From: Thermodesulfovibrionales bacterium
GTDB lineage: Bacteria; Nitrospirota; Thermodesulfovibrionia; Thermodesulfovibrionales; UBA6898
Direction: 5' to 3'
Assembly (NCBI GenBank): GCA_044450345.1
Contig: JBIOIY010000038.1
Coordinates: 1 to 30,720, forward strand
DNA length: 30,720 nt
In this document: positions 1-5,794 of the stretch, piece by piece
Layout of the letters: each line of letters opens with the position of its first letter
Position numbering within the stretch: position 1 is the stretch's first letter
The notes under the pieces: model-generated
Database searches by the model: none
The model's input: the letters and a program-made list of their open reading frames with translations, nothing else
What the model was told of the DNA's origin: nothing
Made by a program: the position numbers and the translations under genes

Positions 1-266
1 AACCATTCGTTTGGACGGCTACAGTAGAATCAATCATGACAAAACTCTCTCGCTGCAAACAAACGTTGGAAAAGATTCAGCCGGGCTGTACGTTACCACG
101 TTCTCGAAAGACAAGAAGGAATAACACCAGTCGTTTATGAGACACTACATTAGTTACATTGGCTGCCTCACTCTTATTGATCTTTGGTGCTAAACACATT
201 ACATCATTCTTGAGAAGAGAAAAACAAACTGAAACCGAACAATCAAATCAACCCGACGCAGAATAG
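1..266 (+). pseudogene. 3' part of first cassette gene, apparently disrupted
   Basis: Frame 141-266 encodes a hydrophobic helix and ends in TAG inside attC1. All three + frames have stops between 25 and 140, so no continuous ORF enters from the window edge. Confidence 0.4.
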
Positions 267-323
267 GGTCGGCGGTTTTTTTTACAGGCTGGTTGCCTGC
301 GCGGGTTATTTATTTCGTTATAT
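234..323 (+). repeat. attC site 1
   Basis: ACCGAAC...AAATCAACCCGACGCA...TGCGCGGGTTATTT...GTTATAT; R''/L''/L'/R' layout; close paralog of attC at 5114-5202. Confidence 0.9.
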
Positions 324-330
324 GCACTAA

Positions 331-750
331 ATGAATAAAAAAGAGAAAATAATAATCGGATATTTCCTGCTGTCTTGTCTCGGTGCTTTTTTAATATATC
401 CAAGGCCAAGCGAGGTGCTCGCACTATTTATTATTGGCAACGGTATCTTGGTTGTTCTTTTGGTGGCTGTGCCCAAGTTAATGAAAACATATGAATTTAC
501 AGAAAAGAAATATAGCACTAAAAACCTAATTGGTTACAGCATCCCAATTCTTATCGTAATTTACGCTGGTTGTTTTCTAAATGTGGCAATTGTTTCTCTA
601 TACGAAAAAAGGATAGTATGGAACATTCTTACAACTCGAAGAGGAAAGGCCTATCTTGCAATTGATATAGGTCTATTGTTTCTATTCCTCGCTTATTGTG
701 GCGTGTTTTATCTGCGGCACAAGCGCTGGCCTAAAATTAATGAAATATAA
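331..750 (+). CDS. Cassette-encoded hypothetical membrane protein (~4 TM)
   Basis: 139-aa ORF starting 7 nt after R'; four hydrophobic stretches. Confidence 0.8.
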   Translation: MNKKEKIIIGYFLLSCLGAFLIYPRPSEVLALFIIGNGILVVLLVAVPKLMKTYEFTEKKYSTKNLIGYSIPILIVIYAGCFLNVAIVSLYEKRIVWNILTTRRGKAYLAIDIGLLFLFLAYCGVFYLRHKRWPKINEI

Positions 751-767
751 ATCAAAAATGAAAAAGC

Positions 768-858
768 ATATAACACCAGCATCCAGCCGACCGCGTGTAA
801 GCGTGGTGCGTTTTTCAATTTGTCTTTGTGGCGCGTCGGCTGATGCAAGTCGTTAAAT
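768..858 (+). repeat. attC site 2
   Basis: ATATAAC-accag-CATCCAGCCGAC...GTCGGCTGATGC-aagtc-GTTAAAT. Confidence 0.92.
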
Positions 859-875
859 GCTAAATTGATAAAAAA

Positions 876-1197
876 ATGATAATAATAGGCTCCATATTTC
901 TGGCCCTAATGGGCATTCTTCTCTATGCGCTCTTCAATTTTGACTCACTGGTAAAAATCGAATATCAAAGACATAATGAAACCAAGAGGGTTCTTTTGGC
1001 ATGCTTCTGAATGCTCATGGCTTGGCAGTGCAATAGCCACAAACAAATTATCATTCATCTGGCTTTTCAGGTCACCGCACTGGATTCATAACGACGACGA
1101 AGCAACAAACCGCCTAAAAAAACTGCGAAGACTTGTGCTGATTTTTAATATCGGCATAGTTATTTGGTTCATAATCGCCATGACCCTAACTACATGA
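876..1197 (+). pseudogene. Frameshifted cassette membrane-protein gene
   Basis: ATG 876 gives MIIIGSIFLALMGILLYALFNFDSLVKIEYQRHNE and stops soon after. The apparent continuation KPRGFFW...TLTT is in another frame (976-1197), with the break at ~980. Confidence 0.7.
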
Positions 1198-1213
1198 ATA
1201 TCAGGGAAGAAAC

Positions 1214-1300
1214 ATTTAACAAAATCAAGGCGACGGTGAATAAGCCTCTGTGGGTTTCTCAAAAGCTAGTTGCCCCTGCGCCTCATTTCCCTCGTTACCC
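1214..1300 (+). repeat. attC site 3 (R''-L'' spacer shortened)
   Basis: ATTTAAC-a-AAATCAAGGCG...CGCCTCATTT-ccctc-GTTACCC. Confidence 0.8.
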
Positions 1301-1365
1301 TTAGAAATATAGAAAAATGATAATGTATAATATAGCCAAAGGGTAATTTAACAAAAGGAGTACAC

Positions 1366-1566
1366 ATGTCAAAGGTTGAAGAAATTAAAGAAGCCATTGA
1401 CTCATTGCCGGAGCAGGAATATGTCGAGTTGCGGCGTTGGTTATCCGAAAAGGACTGGGCAAAATGGGACCGGCAAATTGCTGAGCATTCCGATTCGGGA
1501 AAACTGGATTTTTTAATCACAGAAGCAAAAGAAGCAAAATCAAAAAATAAACTTCGGGAACTTTAA
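1366..1566 (+). CDS. Putative type II antitoxin
   Basis: 66 aa, AGGAG RBS, 'WDRQI...SGKLDFL..EA' pattern of small antitoxins paired with RelE/ParE-like toxins. TATAAT at 1326 suggests the cassette has its own promoter. Confidence 0.8.
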   Translation: MSKVEEIKEAIDSLPEQEYVELRRWLSEKDWAKWDRQIAEHSDSGKLDFLITEAKEAKSKNKLREL

Positions 1567-1827
1567 TTGCACCGTTCGACAGATCGCTTCTGGGAATGTT
1601 TCGACCGGCTGCCCGACCCAGTTCAAAAAACGGCAAAAAAGAATTTTGAACTACTGAAAACCGATTCCTCTCATCCATCGCTTCATTTCAAGAAAATAGG
1701 AAAGTTCTGGTCAATAAGGGCCGGAATGAATTACAGAGCTCTCGCCGTACAAGATGATCATGATTTCATCTGGGTTTGGATCGGGACCCATGACGAATAC
1801 GAAAGAATAATTAAACAGCAAGGGTAA
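1567..1827 (+). CDS. RelE/ParE-superfamily toxin
   Basis: 86 aa with 'HPSLHFKK', 'WSIR', 'YRAL' and 'WIGTHDEY' motifs; abuts the antitoxin. Confidence 0.88.
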   Translation: MHRSTDRFWECFDRLPDPVQKTAKKNFELLKTDSSHPSLHFKKIGKFWSIRAGMNYRALAVQDDHDFIWVWIGTHDEYERIIKQQG

Positions 1828-1888
1828 CAACCGCATCCAGCAGACGGGGATAACGCCTTTTCGTTCTTTATTCCGTCCGCCGTTGGCC
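1822..1888 (+). repeat. attC site 4 (L' box deleted)
   Basis: GGGTAAC-aacc-GCATCCAGCAGACGG...CCGTCCGC-C-GTTGGCC; the expected TGATGC partner of L'' is missing. Confidence 0.75.
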
Positions 1889-1912
1889 TGCAATAAGGAG
1901 AAATGTGAGACT

Positions 1913-2446
1913 ATGAATTCAAAGATTGTTATCAGAAACGAGACGCATAATGATGTTTGCGCGATAACTGAGGTGACTATCGCAGCGTTCAAGACCTTGG
2001 AGATCAGCAACCATACGGAGCAGTTCATCGTCGAAGCGCTACGTGCCGCCAAAGCTCTTACGGTATCGCTGGTTGCAGAAATGGATGGCCGAGTGATAGG
2101 ACATATTGCCTTTTCTCCCGTGACCATTTCCGATGGCACCCCTAACTGGTATGGACTTGGACCTGTTTCGGTGCTGCCCGCGTACCAGCGGCAGGGTATC
2201 GGTAAAGCGCTGATACAGGAAGGGTTGTCACGTCTCAAAGACATGAATGCTCAAGGATGTTGTCTCGTGGGACATCCGGATTACTACGGGAAATTCGGAT
2301 TCACAAACATGTCCGGACTTGTGCTTGCGGGAGTGCCACAGGAGGTCTTCTTCGCTCTATCTTTCGGCGGGCATACTCCGCAGGGCACTGTCGCTTTCCA
2401 TGAAGGGTTCAAAGCGGATGGCAATCATGAGGGTGCAGGCAACTAG
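1913..2446 (+). CDS. GNAT family N-acetyltransferase (YhbS-like)
   Basis: 'LGPVSVLPAYQRQGIGKALI' acetyl-CoA motif A and 'GHPDYYGKFGF'; TAAGGAG RBS before ATG 1913. Confidence 0.92.
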   Translation: MNSKIVIRNETHNDVCAITEVTIAAFKTLEISNHTEQFIVEALRAAKALTVSLVAEMDGRVIGHIAFSPVTISDGTPNWYGLGPVSVLPAYQRQGIGKALIQEGLSRLKDMNAQGCCLVGHPDYYGKFGFTNMSGLVLAGVPQEVFFALSFGGHTPQGTVAFHEGFKADGNHEGAGN

Positions 2447-2454
2447 TTCCGGAA

Positions 2455-2502
2455 TTCCAACCAGGCGCACAAGCCGTCAAGCGGCTTAGCTTGTTGTTAG
2501 GC
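2455..2502 (+). repeat. attC site 5 (very short, 48 bp)
   Basis: TTCCAAC-caggc-GCACAAGCCG-tcaag-CGGCTTAGC-ttgtt-GTTAGGC. Confidence 0.7.
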
Positions 2503-2509
2503 GGTAAGG

Positions 2510-3412
2510 ATGAAAACAATGAAAATACAAAACACTGTAAGCAAAGCTGGACTGAAAGCTTCCTTCCCCAAAGCTGCCATCTGGCTCTGGCTTTCGATTG
2601 TAGCGGCCCTTTTGGCCATAACTGGCAGCATCATTGCCCTATCCGTAAATAGAATCTACGCTGGATTAACTCCCGCCTTCTTGGTGCAGGCATTGGCACA
2701 GGATATAGCCAATCTGGCGGTTGTCTCACCGATGTGGCTTATCCTTGCAGCACTGGCGTTACGCGGCTCGTTGCGTGCTTATCTTCTCTGGTTGGGCGTG
2801 CTGACATTTACCGTCTACAACTATGTGATATACACGTTTTCAATACCGTTCGGGTCGTTATTCCTGGTGTGGGTTGCCGTGTTTGGAATGTGCACCTATT
2901 CACTGATCGGTGGCATCACTGCAATTGACCACAAGGTAGTCGAGTCATCTTTCACAAGTCGACGTGCGATCCTCGTTGTGGCTTGGTCTCTAATTATCAC
3001 AGCAATTCTCTTCAGTTTTCTATGGCTTTCTGAAGATGTGCCTGCCATCCTTTCCAACACAAGACCTCAGAGCCTGATTGACATGGCACTACCAACACAT
3101 CCTGTACACATCCTCGATCTGGGATTCTTCATACCAGCAGTCATCATTACTGGCATATTACTTTTCAAGAGAAAACCGCTTGCGTATGCCCTCGCACCAT
3201 CTTTCATTGTCTTCCTAATCTTGACGGGCATACCAATCTTGCTCACGCCTGTCATTCAGGCAGCGCGCGGCAAGACAGCAGCGTGGGGCGCAGTTGCACC
3301 AATCGGCACGCTCACCGCAGTGTTGCTTGCGTTGCTAGTGTGGTTACTCTCAACAATACGCCCCCAAGCGAAAACCGCCCAACAAACGCAAACCGTTGGG
3401 CGGCTTACCTAA
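2510..3412 (+). CDS. Cassette-encoded polytopic membrane protein (~8 TM)
   Basis: 300-aa hydrophobic ORF starting 7 nt after R'; it reads through the collapsed attC6. Confidence 0.85.
   Translation: MKTMKIQNTVSKAGLKASFPKAAIWLWLSIVAALLAITGSIIALSVNRIYAGLTPAFLVQALAQDIANLAVVSPMWLILAALALRGSLRAYLLWLGVLTFTVYNYVIYTFSIPFGSLFLVWVAVFGMCTYSLIGGITAIDHKVVESSFTSRRAILVVAWSLIITAILFSFLWLSEDVPAILSNTRPQSLIDMALPTHPVHILDLGFFIPAVIITGILLFKRKPLAYALAPSFIVFLILTGIPILLTPVIQAARGKTAAWGAVAPIGTLTAVLLALLVWLLSTIRPQAKTAQQTQTVGRLT
3377..3401 (+). repeat. attC site 6, collapsed to R''+R' only
   Basis: GCCCAAC-aaacgcaaacc-GTTGGGC; ACCGCCCAAC matches the entry GTTAGGCGGT (2496) with one mismatch. Confidence 0.78.
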
Positions 3413-3431
3413 TCAGAGAGGAAAAGAAGAA

Positions 3432-3986
3432 ATGCCCAAGAACCCTACGCGCGAAACAACTACCCATCAACAAACAGCAATAACATTAGGATGTTGTTCT
3501 GCAATACTCGCAAGCGTGCTCACCATCTTCTTTATCGTGCTTGCTGTCGGGACTACTCTCGTTTCCCCTACGAGAGCATGGAGTAGGATACAGACTTATG
3601 CCGAGAATTTCAACTTGCTCGAAAGGAAGTATTCCAGTTGGTTGAACGTATATCACCATGCAAGGGAGAACCCGGTGATCAAGTTTTTTGTCTTAAAATC
3701 AGGGAAATGGTCCATGGCCGATGTCATGGTGGTTGCCATATTTATGGCCTATATCGGATTTAATGGGATTATTGATAGCCAGTTCGATCAATTACGCTCA
3801 GCAAGCCAGGAACTGGTGATCTTAACTACGAATGGCACTTCCCTTCAGCCGGGGTATTACCCGTTCCTGACATACACCCTGTTGGCGTTATTTTTGTCAG
3901 GATTCCTAACCAGAAAATCTCAGGCATATGAGCGTAAGAATCCATACGGGGAAAAGGGGACCGATTTATTTTCTATTGGCGCCTAA
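3432..3986 (+). CDS. Chimeric ORF with PqiA-like C-terminal half
   Basis: 'GKWSMADVMVVAIF' and 'TSLQPGYY' are paraquat-inducible protein A motifs. The N-terminal ~65 aa look unrelated. GAGG precedes ATG 3432. Confidence 0.65.
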   Translation: MPKNPTRETTTHQQTAITLGCCSAILASVLTIFFIVLAVGTTLVSPTRAWSRIQTYAENFNLLERKYSSWLNVYHHARENPVIKFFVLKSGKWSMADVMVVAIFMAYIGFNGIIDSQFDQLRSASQELVILTTNGTSLQPGYYPFLTYTLLALFLSGFLTRKSQAYERKNPYGEKGTDLFSIGA

Positions 3987-4044
3987 CCATCGGTTCCAGT
4001 CGGACGCGGGCTGTTGCCCGCGCCGCTGATCCGCAACGTTCTGC
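3981..4044 (+). repeat. attC site 7
   Basis: GCCTAAC-catc-GGTTCCAGTCGGACGCGGGC...GCCCGCGCCGCTGATCC-gcaac-GTTCTGC. Confidence 0.92.
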
Positions 4045-4361
4045 GCAGAAACAATAATTAATTCATGACAATAACAGATCCAAAGGTATATAAAGCAAAC
4101 GGAATATATTTCCACATGGGCTTGCTCGCGTGTGTATTGTCTTTCGCGGTACTTAGCATGATAATTTTTATGTACGCTCATCATTGGATCGTTAAGACCG
4201 TCACCCTCATGCTCTGTCCCTCGGCTATATATTACCTCAGATATTTATTACAGAATTCTGAAATTGAAATCAGCATTGCGCCCGAAGGCATAATTTATAC
4301 CGGAATCGAGAAGAAAGGTCTGAAGATAAAGAAATACGAAGATACACTACGGTGGGATGAA

Positions 4362-4960
4362 GTCAACTACCCCCGACCTTGTCGGGGGCTTGAACAGCCT
4401 CGTGCTACGCACTCTTATTTCCATATCCGAAGCTGTTCTGTTTTCTTTTCCTCATCTTCCTGCGCAGCTATATATTTCCTTATCGTCTCTTCGTCCACTC
4501 CAACCGTACTCACGAAATACCCTCTTGCCCACATGTGCATCCCCCAGTATCTTCTTCTCAGATCTTCATGGTTCTTCATCATGCGCTCCGCACTCTTACC
4601 CTTCAGTATTTTCATCACTTCTGCCGGTGAATATTTCGGCGGTACGGACAAAAACATATGCACATGGTCTGACTGAATGCTCCCTTCGATAATCACAAAC
4701 TCTTTCCAGTTGCAGAGTTGTTCCAATATCTCTTGCAACTCTTTTTTGATCTGCTCGTCAAAAATCCTAAACCGATACTTCGGTACCCAGACAAAATGGT
4801 ATTTGCACTGATACACAACATGAGAGCTCTTCAAATACCGTTCCATGCATCAATTTTAACACAGGGCTTTTCTCCCACCAATTTCTTTGGTGGACATATT
4901 CGGTGTGGGGCCTTCGCCCCCACGCCCCACCACCGATTCCATCGGTGGTTTAGCTCGTTA
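4362..4960 (-). mobile_element. IS200/IS605-family element, tnpA only, 599 bp
   Basis: Subterminal hairpins CCCCCGAC-ctt-GTCGGGGG (4370-4388) and ACCACCGAT-tcc-ATCGGTGGT (4929-4949); no target duplication; boundaries inferred from restoration of the host ORF. Confidence 0.9.
4415..4846 (-). CDS. tnpA: IS200-family HUH (Y1) transposase
   Basis: 'YHFVWVPKYR', HUH motif 'DHVH', 'WARGYFVSTVG' and catalytic Tyr in 'IRKYI'. Confidence 0.97.
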   Translation of the reverse strand: MERYLKSSHVVYQCKYHFVWVPKYRFRIFDEQIKKELQEILEQLCNWKEFVIIEGSIQSDHVHMFLSVPPKYSPAEVMKILKGKSAERMMKNHEDLRRRYWGMHMWARGYFVSTVGVDEETIRKYIAAQEDEEKKTEQLRIWK

Positions 4961-5113
4961 ATTAAAAACGTTCATATAGAACAGCCGGAAAAAGGACCGA
5001 TAAAAATTCAAACCACACACGGCTCACTCCCGTTTTGGAATGCCGAGAATCCAAACGTAAATACCGAGATCGTTCGTGAACTGAACAAATATATAACGAC
5101 GGAAAAGAAGCGC

Positions 5114-5202
5114 GCAGAACAACCAAATCAACCCGGCACGGATTAAGGCTGGTTTGGTTTTTACACAGGTCTTCCCCGCACGGGTTATTTTTTTCGTTAT
5201 GT
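5114..5202 (+). repeat. attC site 8
   Basis: GCAGAAC-aacc-AAATCAACCCG...CGGGTTATTT-ttttc-GTTATGT; paralog of attC1. Confidence 0.9.
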
Positions 5203-5270
5203 TAGTGAGTTGATTTTCCAGCCATACTTTTATATTGCAATTATAGCCATACCGGTGGTAAGTTAAACTT

Positions 5271-5539
5271 ATGGAGGACATCCGCTTTGAGTGGGATGAA
5301 GAGAAGGATGAAGAAAATCAGTCGAAACACAATGTATCTTTTTCATTGGCGCAATATGCCTTTTTCGATCCGCATCGTATTATTGTTGAAGATATTAATC
5401 ACCGCGATGATTTTATTGTATAGGGCGGGCTGGCGAAGGAATACTAACGGTAAGATTCACCTATAGAGGAAATATTATCCGAATTTATGGAGCCGGATAT
5501 TGGAGAAAAGGGAGGAGGATATATGAGGAGCAAAATTAG
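5271..5539 (+). pseudogene. brnT: BrnT-family toxin, frameshifted
   Basis: MEDIRFEWDEEKDEENQSKHNVSF...EDINHRDD in one frame (stop 5421-5423). YCIGRAGEGILTVRFTYRGNIIRIYGAGYWRKGRRIYEEQN* continues in another frame from ~5414. Confidence 0.88.
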
Positions 5540-5762
5540 ATATACTGATGAACCATTGGGCGAGCTGAGAGTAATTAAAGACTTTCTTCCCTCACCGGAC
5601 CAATTGGTCTTAAAGGAAGAAAACGTCAAGGTTACGATTGCTCTAAAAAAAACCAGTATAGAATTCTTCAAGAAAGAGGCAAGAAAGCATCACACCTCTT
5701 ATCAAAAGATGATTAGACAGTTGATAGACTGGTACGCCTCGCATTATAAGAAAAGCGCATAA
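5523..5762 (+). CDS. BrnA/CopG-like antitoxin
   Basis: 'DFLPSPDQL...KVTIAL...IEFFKKEA...YQKMIRQL' ribbon-helix-helix; overlaps the brnT end; GGAGG RBS. Confidence 0.88.
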   Translation: MRSKIRYTDEPLGELRVIKDFLPSPDQLVLKEENVKVTIALKKTSIEFFKKEARKHHTSYQKMIRQLIDWYASHYKKSA

Positions 5763-5790
5763 CGCGTCAATCAGGGCTACGGGGAATAAT
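5757..5790 (+). repeat. Terminal attC half-site (R'' only)
   Basis: GCATAAC overlaps the antitoxin stop and pairs with entry GTTATGT; no downstream L'/R' before the convergent HD-GYP stop. Confidence 0.6.
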
Positions 5791-5794
5791 TGAA

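Larger units (their letters stand above)
4065..5146 (+). pseudogene. Cassette membrane-protein gene interrupted by IS200/IS605
   Basis: Removing 4362-4960 joins ...TLRWDE to IKNVHIEQ... in frame, giving a 160-aa ORF that ends in attC8. Confidence 0.88.
1..5790 (+). mobile_element. Integron gene-cassette array (no intI in window; distal array end or CALIN)
   Basis: Co-oriented short genes are separated by imperfect palindromes bounded by ...AAC and GTT... boxes. The entry box of most cassettes is the reverse complement of their exit box: GTTATATGC 317/GCATATAAC 766; GTTAAATG 852/CATTTAAC 1213; GTTACCCT 1294/AGGGTAAC 1821; GTTCTGCGC 4038/GCGCAGAAC 5112. Confidence 0.93.

Noticed and set aside
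4065..4676. 203-aa ORF and ORF 4718-5146 as real genes
   Set aside because: They are halves of one interrupted gene running into or out of the antisense strand of the IS.
234..5202. Spaced palindromes as a CRISPR array or simple terminators
   Set aside because: The repeats are non-identical, gene-sized apart and show attC R/L architecture; no cas genes are present.
5487..5522. N-terminal extension of the antitoxin
   Set aside because: It overlaps the brnT frame; the GGAGG RBS supports ATG 5523.
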